Shown here piece by piece: positions 39,201-49,712 of a DNA stretch of 64,000 bases. The notes below the pieces were generated by a model that worked only from the letters and a program-made list of their open reading frames with translations, did no database searches and was not told the origin of the DNA. The position numbers and the translations under genes were made by a program. The stretch comes from Klebsormidium nitens (taxonomy: Eukaryota; Plantae; Klebsormidiophyceae). The first letter of the stretch is position 1. The number at the start of each line of letters is the position of its first letter. The stretch covers positions 19,953-83,952 of the forward strand of contig DF237187.1 of assembly GCA_000708835.1 (NCBI GenBank). The letters run 5' to 3'.

Positions 39201-42200
39201 GGTGCCCCCTAAAACGAAACCCATAGCAAAATCGCCCCACTCCGAAACCAGAACCAAAACCTGGAAACACAACGGCACACCCTTCCCTGTAGGCCATATA
39301 GAGCTTCTCCTTGTGCTCTCCTGAACGCCGCAGCTTGCAAGTAACCGGTGCTTTTTGAGAAGAAAGATAATACAAAACAGAACCAAACCCTCGAAACAAA
39401 CACTCAAAGTACACCCTCCGCCTCACCTGTAGGCCATGTAGAGCTTCACCTCGCGCTATCAAGTAAGCATCGTGGTGCTCCTTATAAGAAAGTCAAGAAA
39501 GAACACACCCCATTCCTCAAGCTGAACCGAAACCCTCCGCCCCACCTGTAGGCCATGTAGAGCTTCTCCTCGCGCTTGATCTGCGCGACGCGCTCCGCGC
39601 GCTCGACGACCTCGGTGGCGCGGCCGCGCACCTCGTCCAGGTAGAGCGAGCGCCGGATGTCCGCGATCTCCTGCTTCTGCTCCAGCCACACCGCCAGGTC
39701 GGCGGCGTGCTCCAGCTGGTTGGCCAGCACCATCTCGTGCCGCATCACCGTCGCATGGGCCTTGGCGCTGGAAGGTAGCAAATGTTTCATAAGTCAGAAC
39801 GAATTTGGCGGCCAGGTGAAATCGAAAGCGTGAAATCTGACCGCTTGTAGTGTCTACAGGTTGGTGATCCTTGCCATCTCGTGCCGCATCACCGTCGCAT
39901 GCGCCTTCGCGCTGAAAAGGGGGAATGAGACGATGTTTCAGTCGGAATCGAGGTTGCTTAATTTTGATCATATGTATTAGTGTGGAGGTTTACTCTGGTC
40001 GTCCGTAAGAGGGTTTGTTGGCCAGCACCATCTCGTGCCGCATTACCGTCGCGTGCGCCTTGGCGCTGGAAGGAAAAGACGGTTCACAAGTCAGTATGAA
40101 GCCTGGCGGCCAGGTTTACAGGTTGGACTGCTCTAAGTGAAATCGATGGCGTGAAATGGGACCGCTCGTAGTGTCTACAGATCGGTTGCCAGCATCATCT
40201 CGTGCCGCATCACCGTCGCATGCGCCTTGGCGCTGAAAGCGGGACCGGAATGCAATTTTTAGTCCAGAAACAAGAAAGGAAACACTGACTCAGCCTAGTT
40301 TCGGAAATGGATCGAGTGTTTGATCGAATTTCAGTCGGCCTGATGGTCTTGGAGTCTCCGTTCTGCTGAGCTTGGATAGTTGACATCGTCTCGTGCGGCA
40401 TCATCGTCGCAGTTACGTCAACGCTGGAAGGGATAGGTGGCAAGGAAGTTCACTCGGAGGTGAGGTGTTTAAGACAACTTTTAGGGAGCAAGTTCTTCGG
40501 CTGCCACCAACTCCTGCTGCAGCACCGTCGCGTGCGCCTTGGCGCTGGCACAGGGAGCCAAAGGGATGTTTAGTCCAATTTAAGGGAAGGAAACAATGAT
40601 TCAGCGCATTCTTGAAAGTGGATTGAGGGTTCGAGCCGGCGTGATGGCTCTAGAGGTTCCGTTCCGGTGAGCTTTGATAGTTGACATCGTCTCGTGCGGC
40701 ATCATTCGTCGCAGTTACGTCAACGCTGGAAGGGGCAATTGGCAAGTAAATTCACTCGGAGGTGAGTTGTTTTGAGACAAATCTTAGAGAGCAGGTACTT
40801 TGGTGGACACCATCTCGTGCCGCATCACCGTTACGCCCGCCTTGGCGCTGGAACGGGGAGCGAAACGGTACTTAAGTCGGGTTGAGGTGGTTAAGTTTTA
40901 CCGTTCGTGATTGAGGTGCTCTGAGTTGGCCGACCGTGAGAAGGTTTGTTGGTCCGCCTCATCTCGCAGCGCCGTCGCGTGCGCTTTGGTGCTGAAGAAA
41001 GGGCAACGAGATAATAGTAAGTGGGAGAGCGGAACAATTGTGATTAGCACTCGCATCCTCACCGGACGATGGCGAGGTGGTGCTGCTGCGCGATGATGTG
41101 GTCGATGAGGTCCTCCTCGAGGAGCGCCGCGCGGATGAGCGCGCTCTCCTTGTTGTACTGCAGCACCGCGCGGTGGTTCGCCACCACCGCGTGCGCGCGG
41201 CCCTTGATGGCCGCCAGGTGGCCGGCGCGCCGGATCTTGTGCAGCAACAGGTCCTGGAAACACGGGTTTGAGGTGTTGACCGTGGTGTTAAGCGGGTGGA
41301 TCCTGAAAACACGGGGTTTTGGATAGTTGACCATGGTATTAAGGAGGTGGCCGGCGCGCCGGATTTTGTGCAGCAGAAGGTCCTAAAAACCGTGGGGTTT
41401 GGGAGGGAGTCAGCCAAAGTGCTAACTAGGCGCTGAAAAGTATGGTTTGGCGGGGTTAACCACTGTGCTGATCATGGTGCTAAGAGCGGTTTCGGGCGTT
41501 TCTCCGTACGCTTGTCTGCAAAATCTTGAGGACATAAGGTGTGCTCCAAAAAGGTCCTGGAAAGCATGGTCTGGGGAGTTAACCATGGTGTTAACCAGGG
41601 TGTTCATGTAGGCTGGTCTCGCAGGTGCTGGCTCGAGTGCCGGATCTGATGCAGCAGAAGGTCCTGGAACCGCTGGGTTTGGGGATGTTAACCATGGTTC
41701 GAATACGGTGCTGAAATGGAACATAGTCTTTCTGCAGCTAGTCTTGCAATGCTGGCTGAGTGCCGGGTATTGTGCAGCAAAAGGTCCTGCACCAAGCCGC
41801 ATAGCTGTCGTAGACAAGCACGTCTTCTTTGGCAGCAATGTCTTGACCATTACTTGGTCGAGAAGCGTACCGCACCCGACTGGAAAGCTGAGTGCACATG
41901 AGAGGCAAGCTGGTGTCTGACATGCCCCTAGCATCTGCAAGTCGCTCAAGTGCGAGTATCTCCATATACATTCGAAAAGACCTGGCGGGAATGTGCGTAA
42001 CTTGGGCAGTTTATGACGGCAGAGAACATGCGCAGCCAAAGCGAACGGCCTGAGACAAGGAAGGTGGTGTGAAAGACCGTGTATGACTATATTTGTGAGA
42101 TCGATCTCAATAACTCCCTACTTGACGCACTCTCTTTAAGTATTTCAGAAGTCGTGCAGCTCCATGACTTTTCGAAAATACCACGAGGTACAAGAGAAGG

Positions 42201-44707
42201 TCATTCTGATGTCCTCGCCTCTTCTTCCGAAGCAAAAGTTATGTTCCGATGTATGCAACACGAATTTCGAATACTGAAAGGATGCAAGGAGAAAGTCAAC
42301 AACCCAAAGCCGTGCTCTTTTTAATCAAGGAGCAAGTCAAAAGCCCTCAGGTCATTGATGGGAAACGAACGCAGGGGTCAAAAGGACTTTTCTCTCACCT
42401 GCTCGATGTACTCTCCAAGCGCCTCCCGGTAGTCCTTCTGCCTGTGCAGCACAATCTCGTGCTTGAGGACGGTGGCACGTGCCTTGGCCCGGACGTAGTC
42501 TAGGTTGCCCTCGCGATTCTTGGCTGCCCGCTCCTGAGACTGCACGAAGGCACGTGGCGGTGTCAATGCTTTCAAATGCAACAGTCAGATCGTGCTAGAT
42601 GGTACATTAAAGTTGGTGAGCAGCATCAGTCTTTGGCGTCTTTTGAATCGTGGATTGTGATCTTTTGAGTTGCATGCTGCTGGAGATTACGTCCATATTG
42701 TTGGACCTGGCAAATTTTTGATAGCTTCTTTGTCGACAAGAGCTGCGATGTGAAAGGCCACCGCCACGCTTTGGGTGGTAAGTCGCTGTTTGAAAGAAAG
42801 ATGAGATTGGGCATACAAAAGCTGTTTCTTGCCTGCACCCTGTGCATGTCAGCTCCGGCAGGAGTCACAACAGACTCTAAGGCCACATTCAAACTCGTGG
42901 GGGGCAGTTCATCCGACAACGAACTAAAAAGCTTCTCTCTCTCACGAAGGGCTTCCATCTAAACAGGAGATGCTCATAATTTGAAAGCTCCACTAGCCAG
43001 TAGAAGAGGTGCAAGAGAGTGGAGGCAAGGATGGCATACCATACTTTCCATAGACACAAGGAAAGCCAAAGATCCAGCACAGAAGCTGCTCAAGTGGTTA
43101 CCAAAATGCAAGCAAAGCCAGTAAATTGCTTCGAATATGACTCGTCTATGACAACTATGATCGAAGAGTTGCGTGCCAATACTGGACTGCTTCCCTCCGT
43201 CGTTTTCTTTTTGCAATCCTCAGATCCAGCAACTGGTAATATGTCACATTGCACTGTGTGTCTTACATACTTCCTTCTGTGGTTGTTAAATCGTGAGAGT
43301 AAATGATGAGCTTTTTCCACTTCTGACACATTCAAAGGTACATCAAAGCTCACACTAGATGCATTCAACATGTCTACTTTGTGCTTGACTGGGATATTTG
43401 TCTACAAAAGCAAACCTTGAGGACAGCTCCATGGCCTGCTTTCCAGACACAATTACTCGGGCAATCCTTATGAACTCACTCTTGCTGCTCCACACTTGAA
43501 ATGCTGTGAAGTTACACTATAGTGCATATCTGCATCCCTCGTCATAGGGGCTCAAGTGCAGCGCTACATCTCTAGCCCTGCCTTCCTACATGACTTTTAC
43601 CAAGTAAAAACAATTCAGCAAGTAGCAAACCTTGTTCAGCATAGGCTATAGGAAGTAAGTCACACAAAGCTGCTGTCCGACTGATGTCGGAACCTGTCTT
43701 CTAAACATGCAATGGTTTAGCACAGAGGGCTCCCTCAACCCCCTCTTGGAGGTATGGACGACTGTGCTGCCAAAGTATCATTGAACAAAGGGTGTCAATG
43801 TAAGGCGCACACATAGTCCAGAGGCTTTTCTTCATGTGCGTCAAAAGTGCAAAATAACCTTGCCAGAGAACAAAGCCATGGAAAAACACGATTCTGCGCA
43901 TCAGGTGTTTCTGTAATATGGACTTCGCAGACGTTTCTGAAATAAGATTTGGGGCCAATTACCATCCTTCAGCAAAAATAGGTGGAACAACCTAGACGCT
44001 CAAGGTAATGCAGCCCTCACCTGGATGATACTTTCCATGATTGCGCTCTTTTTGGTTTGCTGCCTCAATATTACCCGCTTTCCCCTGACAGTTGCCATGA
44101 TTGCCCTTGCCTCAATGGAAGCCATGCTGAGGATCTTCCTCTGGGCTCCCCTGGCCATCCGCTCCTCTGATTTCTCCATAAGCATCTTCAACCTGCCCTC
44201 CCGTGTATGTTGGACCTTTGCAAACCTGGCAGCTGCCACCTCAGCTTTAGCCTTCCACGCCCCCTCTCTCCTTCCCTTGGCAGCCTCCAGTTTTGCCTCC
44301 AAGGCCAACTTGGCATCGCTCCTCTGTTGTCGCAGCCTAGCAACAATCTCAACATGGTTCCTGATGGTCTTCTGCGCCTTCTTCTTGACAGCTGCTAGCT
44401 CTAGGTCCCTCCTCTGACTAGCCACTGAAAGCCTGAGTTCAGTGGTTGCAGCTATCTGCTGGCTCTTCTCCTGCATCAAGGCTCGGACTGTGGTGCCTCG
44501 CCTAGCTGCAAACTGTGCTGATGCAATTCTGGTGCATAAAACTGCTTGGTGCCTGTCCCGGCCAGATGCTAGCCGCCGTGTAACATCCTCCAAAACTGGA
44601 GATGCTAATGAGGTTTTCTGAAGCCTTTCTGCCACCACCTGTGGGGCTTGTCCACCTGGCGGACCACAAAATATGGACACATCTATCTCCAAGACGTCCG
44701 TGGCCAT
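36274..44707 (-). CDS. Helical-repeat (stathmin-like / plant TCP11 N-terminus-like) coiled-coil protein, about 706 aa; exons 44021-44707, 42839-42958, 42399-42539, 41063-41253, 39546-39767, 38307-38487, 37234-37452, 36274-36633
   Basis: The exons join in frame via GT-AG introns (the exon-2 donor GTGCAG is weak). Recurrent motif LEAKLEAAKGRRE, IEAKLEAAEAQRQ, AQEAAEAKRLE, RLTVASERRE, followed by RAKA[HR]ATV. The C-terminal tail is rich in SP/TP sites. Confidence 0.75.
37453..37865 (-). repeat. Acceptor-echo array, intron 6 of the helical-repeat gene
   Basis: Copies of CCGCCAG|GCCATCCTGGAGTCCCGCCGCAGCAGCGGGGCCAGC at 37593 (AG intact), 37720 (AG mutated to TG) and a very degenerate one near 37860. 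Confidence 0.88.
38880..39545 (-). repeat. Donor-echo array, intron 5 of the helical-repeat gene (5 extra copies)
   Basis: Copies of GAGGAGAAGCTCTACATGGCCTACAG|GT at 39426, 39286, 39142, 39023 and about 38900, spaced 119-144 bp. Confidence 0.92.
39768..41062 (-). repeat. Acceptor-echo array filling intron 4 of the helical-repeat gene (8 extra copies)
   Basis: CAG|CGCCAAGGCCCATGCGACGGTGATGCGGCACGAGATG copies with AG at 39912, 40066, 40233, 40424, 40545, 40726, 40848 and 40992. Confidence 0.95.
41254..41800 (-). repeat. Acceptor-echo array, intron 3 of the helical-repeat gene (4 copies plus a stub)
   Basis: YAG|GACCTGTTGCTGCACAAGATCCGGCGC copies with AG at 41384, 41558, 41665 and 41788, plus a stub at 41304. 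Confidence 0.9.
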
Positions 44708-45643
44708 GCCTCTTCTGAAAGCTTGAGCTTAGACTCCGGGCTTGGGTGCCTACACCCAGCTAGACAACAAGCACGCTCTACAGTGAGGTCAGCTTCTACA
44801 AATGCACGCGTCAGCGTCACTTTTTGAGGCAGGAACAAACTTCATGACATTGACATCCGTGTGCTACGCTTTTCGTCGACCATATTCTCCTGCCAAAACG
44901 AGCTCAGGACTTCACTTCAATTGCACCAAGGAAGAAGCTCACAGCGCATCCCCAACAATACTGATAGAGCCGTGGCAGCTATGTAGGTGCCTTCTCCTTT
45001 TTTGAAGTTCCAAGTCCTTGAGGAGTCTACGAAACATGTGGAAGTGTCAATCACAACGACGCCATGCTGCCACTGCCAACCAGGCTCGAGCCTCAGCTGG
45101 AGCTTGGCAGAGACTTTGTCAGGTCTCATAGCACTTGCAAACTTGACGGTCTATCCAGGTCTATCCTACCGACCTCTTCTTGACCAACGTGTTTTGCAGT
45201 CGGACCTGAGAAGAGCGTTCGATGCATGCACTAGAGTGACGGTACAGAGTGCTTCCCTGGCCGGGTGCGAATTCGTGTAGGTACGGTATGTAGGTAGGTA
45301 CGGTATGTCTTGGCTTCACAGCTTGTAAGTACGGTACCCTGTACTGCACACTGCCCCGAGTGGTTCTACCCAGTAGGGATCTCTGATTCTCCAATCCAGG
45401 CTGAAATGCTGCTTCAACCGTCAGCTTTCTGTCGTTAGATGGTTGTTGAAATGTTCAATCTGACGGTCAATAAGAGTGGGCTTCCATTGTCGTTGATCCA
45501 ACATCCAATCAAGGGCTTGACTAGTTTCCAAAGAGGGAAGCAGTTGGAATCTTCCCGTGCTTCTCCAACCGTAGGATAAGATTTTCATCTTGGGCTTTGG
45601 TGTTACATATAGTCAAGATCTGCCCCAGCTTTCACGCCCTTTC

Positions 45644-45716
45644 GCTCTGTTAGCACAGTGGTTAGTGCGTGTGTTTTGTAAACACAAGGTCGTCGGTTCA
45701 AATCCGACACGGAGCT
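45644..45716 (+). tRNA. trnT-UGU: tRNA-Thr (anticodon UGU), intronless
   Basis: Full cloverleaf: acceptor GCTCTGT/ACGGAGC, D-arm GCAC-AGTGGTTA-GTGC, anticodon arm TGTGT-TTTGTAA-ACACA, T-arm GTCGG-TTCAAAT-CCGAC; 73 nt. Confidence 0.93.
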
Positions 45717-45871
45717 CAGACCTGCACGGTGGAGCCTCATTCTCGCACACATTTTGACGGCGTGACTTCGAATCATTTTCGAGAAGAGCTGAGAAGCCTT
45801 ATCCGGGCGGTCACATACGAACAAGTTTCAAATGCACCAGCCACCAGGGGTGCCCAAGCCCCGACGCAATA

Positions 45872-46173
45872 CCGTACCCCCGTGACGCTTGCGCAAATTT
45901 TTGCCCAATAATTATTTTCATCCACTTTGCGAATTGGGCACACGATTTCGACAATTTCGCGACAATTTCCCAATATTTGGAGATTTGGGCAAAAGTTCAA
46001 ATTTCGTCATTTCTGCTGCTTTGAAGGAGGAAAAGTGGCAAAAAACGCTTGTAAAAGGAGAAAAGTAATTTTCCAAGATTTTGAAAAAATTGGGCAAATC
46101 TTGACCAAGAATTTCAAATTTTTGGGCAGATCCAGAAATGTTTATTTTCTGCCCAAGCGTCATGGGGGTACGG
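45872..46173. mobile_element. MITE of Tc1/mariner-pogo type (302 bp, 24-bp TIRs, TA target duplication)
   Basis: Left TIR ccgtacccccgtgacgcttgcgca vs reverse complement of the right end ccgtacccccatgacgcttgggca (22/24). TA at 45870-71 and 46174-75. AT-rich non-coding interior. Confidence 0.88.
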
Positions 46174-47418
46174 TATATTAGTCGAAATTAGATACATCTA
46201 GCTAGGAGGATGAGTAGGATGGGAACTCAGTGCATGATCTACGTTTTTCTTAAAATATGACCAATTCATTTCCTCTGGGGTTAGGGTCCATGTAGCCATT
46301 TGGGCGCTATATAAGGCAACTTTCAATTGATGTATGATGGGCTCTTGTCATTTCTGACAACACCGGTTTGACCATCTTCTTCGAGTCGAGACTGGTCGGT
46401 TCGGTAGCTTCGTCTAGTCGTTTTGCAGGGGGCTAGTGACTGTTGGTACATCATGTATAAGAGGTCTGATTGGTTATCTATAGGCCGGATGTGTTAAAAG
46501 CGGCCCGTGACTCTGAACTTCTGAAATCATCTAGATCCAAAGTGGTCATCCGGGCACCGGCCACCAGCCCCCCCGACTCTCGCTACGGAGCTCCGGGAAC
46601 CAGCCATCAACGCCGGGGCCCACCAAGGTAAGTTCAGAAAACTGGAGGTCCGGACGCCACTGCACAGATGTTTCGAGGCAATGCGTTGACCGAGCTGAAC
46701 TTCCCGGCGACCCAACTTAGTACCCAACAATTTTCGGATCGCCGAAGGTGAAAGCTTCCTCATTCACCACAATTCAGGCTGCGGCATTTTGTCCCGCGAC
46801 GCCCGATGGTCCGTCGGTCCCGGCTGTCGGTCCGACCAGCAGTGCAATCAATGGACGACCAGCCACTTGAAGCAGCTTTCCAAATTGCCACGTGCAGAAA
46901 TTCTTGACACTACATTCACGGTACCCTTGTCAAAAAGCGCGGCTTAACTCGGTAGTTTTTGAGGTCCCGAACTTCTCGCTGAAGCTAGGTGCGACCGTCC
47001 GATGAGCGCCACGTTAGGGTACCGTGTCAGACTTACTGAGTACACTGCCGCAGTACTTCTGCGGTCGCGGCTGTACGCGAAAAAGATGACGTTATCAAAA
47101 GTAACCGTCGGCCGAGTTAGCCCAGCTGCCGGGCTAGCCTAGGCTCACCGGGTCAGCTTGAACCGGGCGGTATTTTTGGCCCACGGCATGCCAAAAAAGC
47201 TCCCGGGTTCGCGCCGGACCGAGCTAGCCTGAGCCTTGTCTTGTGTGGTTAGAATGCTTACCTGAGCATTGGGTTCAATTGGCGCTCGGGTGATACTAGG
47301 GCATTAGCGATTATGAAGGTGTGGTCTAGCGCAAAATGTCGCCGCATGTTGCAGGCTACCGGGCACCCTGGTCACAAAGGGTGATTCAGCTAGTATGTAC
47401 CGCAGACTGTCGAGGAGT

Positions 47419-47480
47419 ACCGCGGTTCTAAAATTCGAAGACCGCGGTTATAACTATTTGCAGACCGCGGTTCTAAAATT
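47419..47480. repeat. Three-copy short tandem repeat with ACCGCGGTT core
   Basis: accgcggttctaaaatt / accgcggttataactatt / accgcggttctaaaatt at about 22-bp period. Confidence 0.8.
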
Positions 47481-49712
47481 GAGGCTATCGGACGGTCAAT
47501 TCATCGATGAGCAGAGGTTTACGGTGGAGATTTAAGATTTCACCGTCGCGCGAGACTCCGGTACCTAGCCTAGAAGTAGGTAGGTGGTATCTAGGCTAAG
47601 CTTCAAGTCTACCGGTAGTACCGTAGTAGGTAAACAGGTTGTACCTAGGCTAGGCTCTTCAGGTACCAAGTTTGGGACTGCCGGGCACTTCAGTAGGCTG
47701 TGCTGCGGTTATTTTGAAGTAGGACAGTGCCCGGGGATTCGTCATACTAGCGGGACCGCCGGTCCAACCCCAGCCCACGTGGTATGTATACCACACCTCT
47801 CTCATTGGCTGATTCAACTCCGTACCTTTGACGTGGCACCGCTGGATGAAGAGCCCCGGTACTTGCGGCCCCGGGCAAACTGAACCGCGCTTTTTGACAT
47901 ATGTACCGTGAATGTAGTGAAATTCAGCTATCATGTGTCCATTAGGAACTTATCGACCAGTGCTTTGATCATTTGAGTGCTTAAGTTTGGAAAGGTTCCT
48001 TGGCAACTTGGCAATTAAACAATAAAAGTATAGATTAGTATATATTGGATGAAATGGACTCACCATGGAGACCTTAGACAACGCAAAAGGTTAAGGCTAC
48101 TTTCCTCTCACGCTTCGTCTCTTGAGCGGCGCGGCACTCAGGCACCCCTCAGGCATTGCTTCGAGGTACCGTTATACCCCTGTTATACCGTGCTCCCACG
48201 TGCGTACGAAGATGAGAAGTAGTACGATATTCCTATGACACCCGGGATACTTCTAGTATACATCGTATACACCCCGTATACACGATACCATTCTGGCAAT
48301 GAATAGCCGGGCAATAGCCAAATGGCGACCCAATGGCCACCGAATGTCCCAATGGCCAAACGGCCACCAGGCAAAGAGGCAACCGTGGCCCCAACTAGGG
48401 CGAGTACGAGAGTACTAAAGCTTACTAAGCCGCAGCCTGCAGGCTGTATGCCGCAGCTAGTAGCTCAGTGGTCCAGACTCCAGTGGCTCGAACGATCAGT
48501 CACCTTCACGGCCAACCTCACACACATACCGTCAGATGAGCATGAAGGGGTTCATCGGACGGTCGAGGATTCTCCATTTCAGTTGCAGCCTTCCGAATTT
48601 CGGTGATCGTCACGGTGCACTCCGAGGCCGCCGGCCAGGCTCGTCACGGTCACCGTCACGGTGTTGCCAGTTAAAGCAGTTTCAAACTATTCCCGCCAAA
48701 ATCGACGGTTTGTTTGTTCCCTCACCTGAAGGGAAGGCGAAGCGACGGCGGTGACCAAATTTTCACCCCAGGGCTCCCCCGGCTGCTTTTCCTTTGCTGA
48801 TGCAAGTCCGCCGCGGCTCGGGGACTCAAAAGCGGTTACAAGTCGAGTCAGCAACGCAATCACTATCGACGGCCATAAGGTGCCAAAGGATCTTGAGCGA
48901 GGGGCTTTAGCGGTAGGATGTCTCTTGATCACGCGCGCAAATCCCTGAAAAATCGGATCATGCATTTTGGAAAGCTGGTTCCTTAATCACGTGTCAGGAT
49001 TCGATGTAGCGAGCTCAAGACTTGCTTGCGTTACGCTCCGACACGTCAAAATTTAACTTCGGACTTAAATTCATTGCGGTCGACGCTTGGGCATGCGGGC
49101 GCTCCGCTTCGACGTAACGGTGACATGCTCGGGCTTATATCGTCGGCTTTAGACCAGTCCGACGCGGCATTGCATGGAACACATGGGGGACACTTGGACA
49201 CTTTCCGGGGCCAACTCAGCTCGCCTTTCGTGCGTGCGCCGTGCAGGCGCTCGTATCGCACATGCGAAGGCCGCAATATTCGGAACGAGGAGGCGCTGGC
49301 ACGGGCGTGGGCGGTTTCAAATTCCGATTTCCTGGCTGAAATTGCTGCCCGGGGAATCGTCACACGCCCTGCACGTACCGGGTTCGTATCCCCCTACTCC
49401 CGGTGACGAACGTGCAAGTTCAAATGCGCTGACTTTTGAAAAGTCAGCAGCTCCGACTCCGAGTCAGCTTCGAGAAGGAAAGGGGAGCGATCGCTTCTTT
49501 GTGCAGATTGATTCAAGCATTCCCTTCCTTGCTTCTGGCAAGCAGGCGTTTTCAGGGGCGCTAGGAGCTCTGCTTTCGCAGCCGTTGTGGCGTTGTTTGC
49601 GTCTTCTGTGAGGAACGCAAGTGCGATTTGAGCTGAGCAGGTAGCATGTACTGTAGGCAGGCGGTAATTCTGCGAGCGAGGCCAGGTTTTGCCTAGGGAG
49701 CCCGTTTGGCAC

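Noticed and set aside
39768-41062. CRISPR-like repeat-spacer array
   Set aside because: It lies in a eukaryotic intron. The repeats are degenerate copies of the adjacent exon start, the spacers are homologous to each other, and no cas genes are present.
37453-41800. Dscam-style mutually exclusive exon clusters
   Set aside because: Copies contain only 12-50 nt of exon and one splice site, then run into stops or frameshifts. No complete alternative exons were found.
49026-49611. ORFs of 126 and 145 aa upstream of the KH-RING gene
   Set aside because: GC-rich promoter/5'UTR region; no motifs.
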